From a virus: a DNA stretch of 64,000 bases. The translations under genes and the position numbers were made by a program. Within the stretch, counting starts at the first letter, position 1; every line of letters begins with the position of its first letter. Shown here one piece after another: positions 37,424 through 45,757 of this stretch. The notes below the pieces were generated by a model. It saw only the letters and a program-made list of their open reading frames with translations. It searched no databases and had not been told where the DNA came from. Location: IMG/VR virus record IMGVR_UViG_3300030687_000017, one strand, 5' to 3'.

Positions 37424-38481
37424 GCGCGCTTCCAGTCCGGCGCGTCAATGCCATCGAGGCAAGTGTTGCTGCTGTATTCATCCTTCCACTTTCGGAACAC
37501 CCAGAACAGGAACATCGGAATGGCTACCGCATGGAAGAATGGCGTCTTGCAGGCGGGGACGTTCGCTGCAAGCTGCGTAGCTTCTGGTAATACGTCTGAC
37601 GGGAACGTTGCCGGCGGTGGGGTGGCACGTATCACCTTCAGCGCCCACGGCATGAACAGCTTCAGGTCGTCGTCGAATCCTTCTGTGATAGAGGGTCCAA
37701 GAGGTTCCAACTGATCGAGCGTAACGCACTCGTATTCAATGGCGTTCAGCTTGTCAATACTGAACTTGTCGGTATACGTATGCAGATTGTTCGTGAACTG
37801 ATAGTAACTGCCCATCGGCACACCGATACGCATCGCCATGTACTCCAACAGGAAGCTGAAGTGGACCGCGTTCGCGCCGAATGCGCCCCACATACTGTCG
37901 TTGCTGCGGTTCATGACGGTCATGTTCAGCTTGCCGGCTCGTATGGCGAAGTAAGCGTGCGTGTTGCACGGAACGGCTTTACCACCGTTGCACGCAACGC
38001 CAAGATCATCGCTGTACTGTACGCCACTTTTCGCCTCCCATTGCGGGGCGCTTGGCGCAATATCAGCGTTCCACATCGCCAATACGCAGCGCCTGCTTCC
38101 CGGATTCGACTTGAGCTCCTCCACTATGGCATCGAGCTGGTCATAGCCGAAGAATTCTCGCCAGCGCCATCCGTAAGAGTCCCACATAGTCTTGCCATCA
38201 TCTGAAAACTGCGAGTATGAGGCATTAAAGAAAACCGGAAACTCCAGTTCGTTGCTCCCCGAGAAAAACCACAACGCCTCCATCACATGGAATACGTGGT
38301 TCGCATCGCGCGTTGGTGAATACAGCACTCGCTGCCTTGGGTCGGTATACTCGATACACACCGGCCCTGGCGCTACTAGCACTGGACCTACTCTGGAGTC
38401 CTCTTTGATTCCACTGTGTAACAAATGCTGTAGTCCAAGTGAAAGCGCCTCATTTACGTCTCTAGCTTTGTAACTGTACAT
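37390..38481 (-). CDS. thymidylate-synthase-fold enzyme with ~90-aa C-terminal extension (candidate dUMP hydroxymethylase, or divergent ThyA)
   Basis: Translation aligns by eye to E. coli ThyA: DQLDAIVEELKSNPGSRRCVLAMWN vs [25 protein letters not shown]; catalytic PC(N)TH vs PCHAF; NRSNDSMWGAFGANAVHFSFL vs [20 protein letters not shown] (Asn at the uracil-specificity position). ATG 38481 with AAGGAA RBS preferred over GTG 38487. Confidence 0.7.
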   Translation of the reverse strand: MYSYKARDVNEALSLGLQHLLHSGIKEDSRVGPVLVAPGPVCIEYTDPRQRVLYSPTRDANHVFHVMEALWFFSGSNELEFPVFFNASYSQFSDDGKTMWDSYGWRWREFFGYDQLDAIVEELKSNPGSRRCVLAMWNADIAPSAPQWEAKSGVQYSDDLGVACNGGKAVPCNTHAYFAIRAGKLNMTVMNRSNDSMWGAFGANAVHFSFLLEYMAMRIGVPMGSYYQFTNNLHTYTDKFSIDKLNAIEYECVTLDQLEPLGPSITEGFDDDLKLFMPWALKVIRATPPPATFPSDVLPEATQLAANVPACKTPFFHAVAIPMFLFWVFRKWKDEYSSNTCLDGIDAPDWKRACYEWKERRRK

Positions 38482-38506
38482 CTTCACTTCCTTTCGCTGC
38501 TATGGG

Positions 38507-39379
38507 TTAATTATAAGCTTCGCCGCTGGCGCGGAACTTCTGCTTCGCTCTGCCGCCGTTGTACTTCACCTTGCAGTATTTGCTGAATTCACACAGACAG
38601 TTCTGTAGATTCTGCGCATCCAACACTGGGCATTTCAACTTTGGCTGAGCTACCTTCATCAAATCCAGCAGCGTAGCATGCCATTCCTCTTCGTTCCAGC
38701 GCGCAGTTGGTTCTCTTCCCACGAGCCAGTTTAACCCTCTACGACTTCCTGGCCCTGACATTGCGAACGTCATCCAGTCTTCAGCCTTCTTCATAGAAGG
38801 CAGGTGCTTAATATCCGCCACGACCTGCGCACTCATGAACCCACCTCCGAAGCCGTGATGTAACATGAGCGCTTCTTGCAACGTACTAAGCTCACACCCG
38901 GTACGCACCAAGTTACCTAGCAGCTTACGGCTGTTCCACAACGGCCCAAGCACCTGGTCGGCCAAGTACGACGCCTTGGACTGTCCTTTGGTAGCACCGA
39001 CGGCGTTTATCATGTATGCCCCTGTGAACGTCGCCATGCCGTCCTTCTTGCGCGCCTCCATCAGCTTCACAAACCGCTTCGGATTCCATTTTGATGGATA
39101 ACCGAGCGCTTCCAGGCTCGCCGGCAAGTTCACCAACCGTGCCAGCGCCATTGCGAAGACTACCGTGTCGTAGTCCTCCGCGTGCGGCTGTAACCAGTTT
39201 TCGTGTATACACTTAGTGACCCTGTCGTCTTCGCGACGTACGTTGGTAAAGCGGTATTCCAACAGGATAGGATCCTTCGTCCACGGAGCAGGCTTCCCAG
39301 CCAATCGCTTCTGATGTATGGACCAACGCTCGTTCACGAAGTACACGAACTCTTCAAGCCTTGGGAACTGCTTGCTCAT
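38507..39379 (-). CDS. hypothetical protein (290 aa) in the nucleotide-modification cluster
   Basis: Clean ORF; no motif I can name; overlaps the nucleotidyltransferase gene end by 26 nt. Confidence 0.5.
   Translation of the reverse strand: MSKQFPRLEEFVYFVNERWSIHQKRLAGKPAPWTKDPILLEYRFTNVRREDDRVTKCIHENWLQPHAEDYDTVVFAMALARLVNLPASLEALGYPSKWNPKRFVKLMEARKKDGMATFTGAYMINAVGATKGQSKASYLADQVLGPLWNSRKLLGNLVRTGCELSTLQEALMLHHGFGGGFMSAQVVADIKHLPSMKKAEDWMTFAMSGPGSRRGLNWLVGREPTARWNEEEWHATLLDLMKVAQPKLKCPVLDAQNLQNCLCEFSKYCKVKYNGGRAKQKFRASGEAYN
38510..38518 (-). promoter_or_regulatory. -10-like element GCTTATAAT upstream of the TS-fold gene
   Basis: Reverse complement of attataagc; 28 nt upstream of ATG 38481. 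Confidence 0.3.
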
Positions 39380-40073
39380 ACGCCTCCAGTTCAGCCGGTG
39401 TGCCTACGTGGTTGAATTCATCGGCTGCGATCACCATGGCCGTGGTCAACTGCAAATTGTTGTGGCACGGTGCCAGATAGTACTCACCGTTAGTCATCGT
39501 ACTGAGAATCACCATCTCGTAGATGGCGCGCTTGGCAAGCTCCCACGACTGGAATGCATGAACGCCGCAAGAAGCAATACCGCTTATGCGCTGCTTCTCC
39601 ACCACCTGCGTCACTAAGTGATCCTTCATGATAACGAAACTGTAGCGCTCGCTGTCATCCTTAGGACGGAAGCACAGCATAGAAGACTGCACGCCAGACT
39701 TGAAGCAAGCCTCACTAAACTCAGAGAACTTAGCAAGCACACCACTCTTGAAGATGGTGTCACAGTCCATGACCAGCACCGGATCGGTATCGCGAATCAC
39801 ACCTGACGCCGCCAACAAAGACATGGCCGCACCCTTCTGCACGAACCGAATGGGCACGCGGATCGGATGCATGTTCTTCGGCGTTTGCTTGTGAAGCTCA
39901 CTGTACAAATCCACCAAGCACACAACGACAGGCGTCTTGATGATTTCAGACGCCTGGACCAGCGCATGCTGTATCATCGTGCGACCGCGCGCTGGGAGCA
40001 GCGGTTTAGGCGTCATTACCCCGTTACTGACAAATCGTTCACCGCGTCCTGCCGCCAGAATAACTACTTGCAT
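39354..40073 (-). CDS. nucleotidyltransferase (sugar-1-P / phospho-alcohol NTP-transferase fold, RmlA/IspD/LicC-like)
   Basis: N-terminal ILAAGRGERF....PKPLLPARGRTMIQH signature (GxGxR...PKxL...G). Confidence 0.65.
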   Translation of the reverse strand: MQVVILAAGRGERFVSNGVMTPKPLLPARGRTMIQHALVQASEIIKTPVVVCLVDLYSELHKQTPKNMHPIRVPIRFVQKGAAMSLLAASGVIRDTDPVLVMDCDTIFKSGVLAKFSEFSEACFKSGVQSSMLCFRPKDDSERYSFVIMKDHLVTQVVEKQRISGIASCGVHAFQSWELAKRAIYEMVILSTMTNGEYYLAPCHNNLQLTTAMVIAADEFNHVGTPAELEAYEQAVPKA

Positions 40074-40801
40074 GCATCCACTCTCATTTCCGTGCGAAGT
40101 TCTTCCGCCAAATTACGCAGGCCCGATACGACGTCAATGGCCCATACACGCGCCTGCGGCTGCACACCATACAGCCGAATGATGTGCGTCAGCATGTAGT
40201 AGATACAGAGGTCCAGGTTCAATTTTTGCTCGACCAAGAACTTACGTATCATGTAACGTTCCGACTCCAGGCAAGGGCGACCGTAGTGGAAGTACGACTG
40301 CAGCAGCTTGCCGCCGTCAAGCTCGGCCTCTTGTGGCAATGGACGCGTACTAGGGTCTAGCCAATAACCGTCGCGTACGTAGTTCTCCAGGGTGGGATCA
40401 CCATGTACGACCTGTGCTCCTTTGCTTTGCGTACTACCAATTCGTTCGTACCACGTCGTCAGCGCCGACCGGATAATAGGCGGAAAGCCTTCTGTGCGAG
40501 TGAACGGCTCTACTTGGACTACGTGGTGGCGACGGCGGCCCTCATAATCGTAGACATGCGCCACCGGCAGGTCCCATAAAGCAGCCAACCGGGCCAGCGC
40601 CAACGGCAGGTCCAGTACCGGCGATGGTTCGCCCATTACCGGCATGACGTAGCCGCCAGTCGTTATACCTAGCACCGGCACAAATACGTCCGGATAGGCG
40701 CGCATCTTAGCGCCTTGCGTCGGCACACCATGGCCACTCTTATAGATACACGGCTCTAGGGCTGCTCCGCTGTTGCGCTGAATCTTGTGGTGAATGATCA
40801 C
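40064..40801 (-). CDS. small-molecule kinase of the aminoglycoside-phosphotransferase/choline-kinase fold
   Basis: Brenner motif VVHGDPTLENYV (HGDxxxxN) and a downstream D-rich segment; GTG start overlapping the upstream stop (GTGA). Confidence 0.55.
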   Translation of the reverse strand: MIIHHKIQRNSGAALEPCIYKSGHGVPTQGAKMRAYPDVFVPVLGITTGGYVMPVMGEPSPVLDLPLALARLAALWDLPVAHVYDYEGRRRHHVVQVEPFTRTEGFPPIIRSALTTWYERIGSTQSKGAQVVHGDPTLENYVRDGYWLDPSTRPLPQEAELDGGKLLQSYFHYGRPCLESERYMIRKFLVEQKLNLDLCIYYMLTHIIRLYGVQPQARVWAIDVVSGLRNLAEELRTEMRVDACK

Positions 40802-40965
40802 GCCGTGCCTCCCATCATCTTCCGTACGACGACGCGGTAATCCTCCGTGCCGCTCTTGTGCGCGTCCTCCACCAGTTTGCGATTACCACGCCGCACCCAC
40901 CGGTTGAAGCAGCCAAGGTTACAGAACCGATTCGCACACTTCTTCTTGCAATTTTCGCACTTCAT
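40798..40965 (-). CDS. 55-aa Cys-rich (zinc-ribbon-like) peptide, translationally coupled between glycosyltransferase and kinase
   Basis: Own translation: MKCENCKKKCANRFCNLGCFNRW...; ATGA overlap with GT stop and TGA/GTG overlap with the kinase start. Below the 60-aa cutoff of the ORF track. Confidence 0.3.
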   Translation of the reverse strand: MKCENCKKKCANRFCNLGCFNRWVRRGNRKLVEDAHKSGTEDYRVVVRKMMGGTA

Positions 40966-41885
40966 GCCGTCACCGCTTTCTTTGCTGCCTTCCGTACGCT
41001 TGGAACCTTGGGCTGAGCCAGAGAGGAGAGGTAAGCCTTCTTCCAGGCTACCACGACCTCCTTACGCACAGCCGTCGTGGTGTACGCGCGGTCCACCACC
41101 TTCACGAAGCCGGGGTGTAGCTTGGCCAACTCGAAGCACTGGGCGTCGCTGTACTCCATACTGCGCTCGCCGCTGCACCCTCCCGCCGCGCCGAATGTGC
41201 CGTACTCGTTGTTGAGTAGCTCGACGTAGTTGTGGCACTCATGGCCTTTACGCAACATGGACAACACCACGTGGAAGTCCTCGCGCAGACCTATGGCGTC
41301 GAAGCGAATCTTCTCTTTGAGATAGAGCTCTCGGTTGACACCGAAAGCATACATCATCCTTGCGTTCTTCTCCCACGCCGCTTTCTTCTTGTCAGAGTGA
41401 CGCCGATGCGCGATGCCGATCATACCGAGGTCGTGCTCTTTACCAGCGTAGGAATCCATCTCCTGGAATAGCTTCAAGAGGACCTTGTCCTTAGGATAGC
41501 GACGCATCATCAGCGAGGTTCCAGCCGGTGCGTCCGGAGCTACGGCGTACGCCTTGCGATGCTCCTCCCACACGCGCCACTTAGCCGGGCAGCGCTCGAA
41601 GAACGCCAGGTCGTCGTCCATCATAAATAGAAACTTGCCGGCTACGTTCTTCATAATCCAGTGACGCTTCGTAGCGATGGATGTAGTGCCCTTGGCTGTA
41701 AGCACTTGGTTAGCCGGGTACAGCTTCTTCAGCGCCTTGGCTTCGTCAGGCAACGAAGCCACGAGGATGACCTCGGCCTGGAGCGCAGTCGGCAGCGCCT
41801 GGAGCGTTATCTGCTTGTTAACACGACCGTGCGTGGGGATGATGAGTGTTAGGTTTTTCAGGATCGTTCTCCTCTTACGTGGCAA
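40962..41885 (-). CDS. putative GT-A fold glycosyltransferase
   Basis: N-terminal LTLIIPTHGR (GT2-like start) and acidic FLFMMDDDLAFF (DxD-type) motif. Confidence 0.45.
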   Translation of the reverse strand: MPRKRRTILKNLTLIIPTHGRVNKQITLQALPTALQAEVILVASLPDEAKALKKLYPANQVLTAKGTTSIATKRHWIMKNVAGKFLFMMDDDLAFFERCPAKWRVWEEHRKAYAVAPDAPAGTSLMMRRYPKDKVLLKLFQEMDSYAGKEHDLGMIGIAHRRHSDKKKAAWEKNARMMYAFGVNRELYLKEKIRFDAIGLREDFHVVLSMLRKGHECHNYVELLNNEYGTFGAAGGCSGERSMEYSDAQCFELAKLHPGFVKVVDRAYTTTAVRKEVVVAWKKAYLSSLAQPKVPSVRKAAKKAVTA

Positions 41886-41916
41886 AGGCGTCTAAGACAC
41901 CCGGGGAAATACAAAG

Positions 41917-41940
41917 ACGCCCGATGTTCTGGGCGTCTCA
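41917..41940 (-). terminator. hairpin AGACGCCC-N8-GGGCGTCT between the 64-aa gene and the glycosyltransferase gene (possible attenuator/terminator)
   Basis: 8-bp perfect inverted repeat; T-rich TTGTATTT follows on the - strand. Confidence 0.3.
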
Positions 41941-41971
41941 TACTCTTCGTGTTCAGGCTATCTGTAGTGGT

Positions 41972-42166
41972 TTACTTGCTTCTAGCCGACTTGCGCGCCG
42001 CCAGAAACTTCGCATGACGCGGCGCTCGTTCGGCTCGTATGGCGTCTTCCATCTTAGAACGAGCAGACGAGCTCATTTCCTCGAAGCGACGCTTCGTAAC
42101 GCCGTCAACGGTTATGGAAGGCAGGATGCCAATGCGGCGGATACGACGAGCTAGAGAGGTAGGCAT
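41972..42166 (-). CDS. small basic protein (64 aa)
   Basis: ORF in the gap between larger genes; Arg/Lys-rich. Confidence 0.3.
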   Translation of the reverse strand: MPTSLARRIRRIGILPSITVDGVTKRRFEEMSSSARSKMEDAIRAERAPRHAKFLAARKSARSK

Positions 42167-42232
42167 GATGTCAATCCTTTTCAGGCTGAGATGTGTCCGG
42201 ATAACGCGCCGGACTCGCGCTACTACGCTGAA

Positions 42233-43792
42233 CTACTCGATGACGGACAGGTAGCCCTGCTTCACCAGCCACGCCACTTCCAGCTTGCGACCGCTGGGAT
42301 TCAGCTTGGACTTGTCCAGCTTGGCCTGAGCCTCGCTCACGGTCTTGGAGCCGATGATGGCCTCAACTTGACCGTAGCAGAAGCTGCCTTCGCGGGGCAA
42401 CGACTCCGACTTCAACGTTACTAACGCCTTGATCTTGCGATCGGCGGCTGCGGCGCGCGGTGCCTTGTCGGCCTTCTTGGTTACGGTTGCCTTGACCTTG
42501 GTCGTGACAGCGTTCTTCGCGGTCTTCTTGGCTGTTCCAGCGGGAGGTGCGAATTTCTGCTTCTTGGTTTCAACGGTTGCAGTGGTCATGATGTTCTCCT
42601 TGCAGTGATCTAACACCGCTGTAAGGTGGCGTTCAGCCACGGACGAAACTACAACTCCAGCCGTAATGGGGTGTAGTAACTGATTTACGTCTCTCACTAG
42701 ATCGCTACTTGTGATCTGACGCAGTGTTCTCAGAACTTCTGTCGGTACTACTCCGGCAGCAACGCGACTCCCGTTATTATACACGCAAATCGCGCCCTGC
42801 GAATTGGGTTTTTCCAACTGTAGCAAAACGATACCATTATTGGGATCTTCCAGCAGGAATATCTCGTCCAGGTTGACGTAGATATCAGCATCCGACTTCG
42901 GCTGCGCCATTGGCATGTTCGCCGTTTCGCGCTCCGCACGCTTGACTCGTGCCGCCAGTTCCAGCTTGAAATCGGCGCTGTCCTTGGCTTCTTGCTTCTT
43001 GTTCATCTTCTTGGGCGCGTCCAGGATCGGCTTGCCATCGAATACGACGCGGGTGTGTACCGTCTTCCGAAGCTCGTCAGCGATTACAGCCTTCTCTACC
43101 TTCGCTACCGCGCGCTCCGTCTTGCTGGCACTCTTCGCGAGCTCCATGCACTTCGCGCTGAATGCCGACTCCATACCGGCCACGGACGACTTCGCGATGC
43201 CGAGCGCGACGTAGAACTCGGTCAGCACTTTGTTGACGCCGCTCTCCTTGACCAGTACCTTGTCAGTCTTACGTAGCAGCTTCAGAAGCTGCACGCGCGC
43301 CTTGTAGTTGGCGTCGCCAGCCAGATCGCTGATGCGATACTTGCCAGCCGTCAGCTTACGTAGCGCGTCCAGCGCGGCCACGACGTTGCTAGGTAACGGA
43401 GCCGGTCCCTTAGCGTCGTACATGGTCTTTACGAATTGCTGAGCGTTCTTGCCTTCAGCCGTGGAGCCGTCCGCAAACTTCACCTGCCACGCGGTGTTGA
43501 TGCTGGACGAACTGCCAGCGTGCGTGAATAGAAGCGCCGCACCGTCTTCGCGTGTATAGCCATGAGCGGTATTGTTATCTACCTCCTCAGTGCGGCTGTA
43601 TACGAATCCGGCCTTGACGAACGCCTGAGTCAGCGGCGTTACGGGCGCGGTGGGAGCGAGCGACTTATTGTGGATGTCGTGCGTGGCTACGACTGTTTCG
43701 CCCTTAGCCGTCTTGATCAACTTCTTGCCAACAGCCTTGACAGCTTTCGCGCTCGGTGCTGCCTTGATGTTCTTCAGGATTGACTTTGCCAT
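42233..43792 (-). CDS. hypothetical Lys/Ala-rich protein (about 519 aa), possibly nucleic-acid-binding
   Basis: ATG 43792 (MAKSILKNIK) overlapping the upstream TAA preferred over GTG 43804; long basic low-complexity C-terminal region. Confidence 0.45.
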   Translation of the reverse strand: MAKSILKNIKAAPSAKAVKAVGKKLIKTAKGETVVATHDIHNKSLAPTAPVTPLTQAFVKAGFVYSRTEEVDNNTAHGYTREDGAALLFTHAGSSSSINTAWQVKFADGSTAEGKNAQQFVKTMYDAKGPAPLPSNVVAALDALRKLTAGKYRISDLAGDANYKARVQLLKLLRKTDKVLVKESGVNKVLTEFYVALGIAKSSVAGMESAFSAKCMELAKSASKTERAVAKVEKAVIADELRKTVHTRVVFDGKPILDAPKKMNKKQEAKDSADFKLELAARVKRAERETANMPMAQPKSDADIYVNLDEIFLLEDPNNGIVLLQLEKPNSQGAICVYNNGSRVAAGVVPTEVLRTLRQITSSDLVRDVNQLLHPITAGVVVSSVAERHLTAVLDHCKENIMTTATVETKKQKFAPPAGTAKKTAKNAVTTKVKATVTKKADKAPRAAAADRKIKALVTLKSESLPREGSFCYGQVEAIIGSKTVSEAQAKLDKSKLNPSGRKLEVAWLVKQGYLSVIE

Positions 43793-43793
43793 G

Positions 43794-43949
43794 TTAGCGT
43801 CCACCCTTCGCGATGGCGGCTTCGGTGAACTGGATCATGCGGGCGAGGTTCTCAGCCTTCTTGAACTCTTCCTGCGCGATGCGGCTGATGAGTGCTGACT
43901 TGAGAAGTTCGAGGGAGTTCTTGCGCTTCTGTTGCATGGACTGTGGCAT
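43794..43949 (-). CDS. 51-aa hypothetical peptide
   Basis: AAGGAGAAAC RBS then ATG 43949; MPQSMQQKRKNSLELLK... Confidence 0.3.
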   Translation of the reverse strand: MPQSMQQKRKNSLELLKSALISRIAQEEFKKAENLARMIQFTEAAIAKGGR

Positions 43950-44015
43950 TTTGTTTCTCCTTAGCGGCCTGTACCGCTATATCTACGAAGGTTAGAGAGG
44001 CGTGAAGACGAGCTA

Positions 44016-44399
44016 CTAGCGGCTGGAAGCAATGAACGACTGCGCGGCGTCCAGGGTGGTGAATGCAACCAGCGTGGCACCAGCGTGAAGGTGAGCGTAC
44101 CACGTACCGTTAGGAGAGCAATCGACCGTCGCGATCAGCTTGCCGGCCGAACGGAACTCGTACGTAGTGGGCGACGCCTTGTACCAACCGTTACCTACCA
44201 CTACGAGCTTCGCACCCGGCTTGATCGGACCGTCGTTCGCGAAGAGCGACGCGGTAACGGGCTGAGCGGTAGGCACTACGAATGACGTAGACGGCGCGGT
44301 GGTGGCGAGCGACACCGGCTTGACGGTCGGGGTCTGTGACAGACCGATGGAGGCGATTCCAACTAGGGCGGCGATTGTGAGTTTATCGGTGAGGTTCAT
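44016..44399 (-). CDS. small secreted protein (signal peptide), operator-controlled
   Basis: MNLTDKLTIAALVGIASIGLS... signal-like N-terminus; RBS AAAGGAGC; preceded by -10 AGTATAAT plus inverted-repeat operator. Confidence 0.5.
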   Translation of the reverse strand: MNLTDKLTIAALVGIASIGLSQTPTVKPVSLATTAPSTSFVVPTAQPVTASLFANDGPIKPGAKLVVVGNGWYKASPTTYEFRSAGKLIATVDCSPNGTWYAHLHAGATLVAFTTLDAAQSFIASSR

Positions 44400-44448
44400 T
44401 TGAGGCTCCTTTTGAGTGGCTTCTTGCCACTGAAATGATTATACTCCA

Positions 44449-44494
44449 GAAAACAGAGAATCTGAAAACTATTTTTCTGGAGTGCAACTGGCCC
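44449..44494 (-). promoter_or_regulatory. promoter (-10 TATAAT at 44454..44449) with overlapping operator CTCCAGAAAA-N19-TTTTCTGGAG
   Basis: Perfect 10-bp inverted repeat at 44456-44465 / 44485-44494 immediately upstream of the -10; same half-site as the 45579-45608 element. Confidence 0.5.
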
Positions 44495-44506
44495 AATTTC
44501 AACGAC

Positions 44507-45538
44507 TTAGCTTAGATTTCCAGCAGTCTTACCAGACTTCAGCTGGTCGTCAAGGCCGATTTTCTCCGCCGTTGCCGACCCGGCCCGATACGCTCCGTGG
44601 TCACGTCGCGAAGCTTCACGATACGCCTTGCGATCCTGAGCCTCCCAATACCGTTCGCTGTACTTAGCGCGCCGTTCCGCTTCACGCGCTTCCGCTTTCA
44701 GACGCTTGGCTTTCTGCGCAGGCGTTTCCAGTGCCAATTTCGCTTCCAGTTCCGCGAGCTCCTTGGCTTCGCGTTCAGCGTTCAACTTGTCCTGCGCGGC
44801 CCAACGCTCTTCGTTCGCCTTCATACGTGCGGCGCGCGCCGCCCACGCACCCGCGCCGTTCTGGAAGTCGTAGTTCCCGATCTCCTCAGCGGTAGCGACG
44901 TTCCGTAACGCGATGGCCGTGGTGTAAGCAGCTTCTCCCTGAGTGGCGTAATCCGCTTTCTTCATGGCTTCGGCCTTCGCCTGGATGCGCTGAATCAGAC
45001 GATCAGAGCAGCCCTCGCGCCAGCTGCTAGCCGACCGGCTGAGTCGCTCTTTCTGTTCGTACGGTAGTAGACGTTCAATCGTGTCCATCAAGTAGTCCAC
45101 CATCATCAAGACCGACATCGTGTTGGCGGTGCGTCCAAGCACCTTATGACGCTTCACCCAACGCTTCTGCATGGCCTCGTCATCATCGTACTTCCGTTTG
45201 CTCTTCGGAATGTAGAGCTCTTCCTGTACCTCGGCCGTCCAGTAGATGCAGTAGTTCGCCTCGGCCAAAGCGCGCACAAGATTCCGCTGCCACTGGTACA
45301 TGGCTGAACGCTTCGTTACGGCGTAATCACGCTTCGCCATGGCGTCGTCCGGCGTGTTCGTACCGCCCTTGACGACTTTGTCTTGTACGGTGGCGAGGTC
45401 CAGGTTGTACTGTGCTAGAAGCTCTTGAGCCTTCGCCATGGCGGCGGCGGCTTCCACTTCGTTACCAGCGGCGCGCTCTGCGAGTTGGAGGAGGAGTTGA
45501 ATCTTGCGGACGATGTTTTCTGAGATCACTTCAGGCAT
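44507..45538 (-). CDS. hypothetical protein (DUF2786-like N-terminus; coiled-coil K/E/A/R-rich C-terminus)
   Basis: IVRKIQLLLQLAERAAGNEVEAAAAMAKAQELL resembles the DUF2786 start; RBS AAGGAGCG. Confidence 0.45.
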   Translation of the reverse strand: MPEVISENIVRKIQLLLQLAERAAGNEVEAAAAMAKAQELLAQYNLDLATVQDKVVKGGTNTPDDAMAKRDYAVTKRSAMYQWQRNLVRALAEANYCIYWTAEVQEELYIPKSKRKYDDDEAMQKRWVKRHKVLGRTANTMSVLMMVDYLMDTIERLLPYEQKERLSRSASSWREGCSDRLIQRIQAKAEAMKKADYATQGEAAYTTAIALRNVATAEEIGNYDFQNGAGAWAARAARMKANEERWAAQDKLNAEREAKELAELEAKLALETPAQKAKRLKAEAREAERRAKYSERYWEAQDRKAYREASRRDHGAYRAGSATAEKIGLDDQLKSGKTAGNLS

Positions 45539-45567
45539 TGGGTAGCGCTCCTTGTGCGCTGATTAGG

Positions 45568-45608
45568 ATTATAGCTCGTTTTCTGGAACTACGACTTTCT
45601 CCAGAAAA
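45568..45608 (-). promoter_or_regulatory. promoter (-10 CGAGCTATAAT at 45578..45568) with adjacent operator TTTTCTGGA-N12-TCCAGAAAA
   Basis: Inverted repeat 45579-45587 / 45600-45608 directly upstream of the -10, over the -35 region; 29 nt from the -10 to ATG 45538. Confidence 0.5.
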
Positions 45609-45757
45609 TCTGGATTCGCGAACACCAACCGGCCATCCGCTTTGTGCCGAATCGCCAAAAGCCCGTCATCCTCCAGACGACCATTCACTACGACCGCCTG
45701 GAACGACGTTCCATTGGGCGCTGTATACACGACCTCAGTCCCACGATCCGGTGTCAT
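45569..45757 (-). CDS. hypothetical small protein (62 aa)
   Basis: ORF ending inside the operator region; weak. Confidence 0.3.
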   Translation of the reverse strand: MTPDRGTEVVYTAPNGTSFQAVVVNGRLEDDGLLAIRHKADGRLVFANPDFLEKVVVPENEL

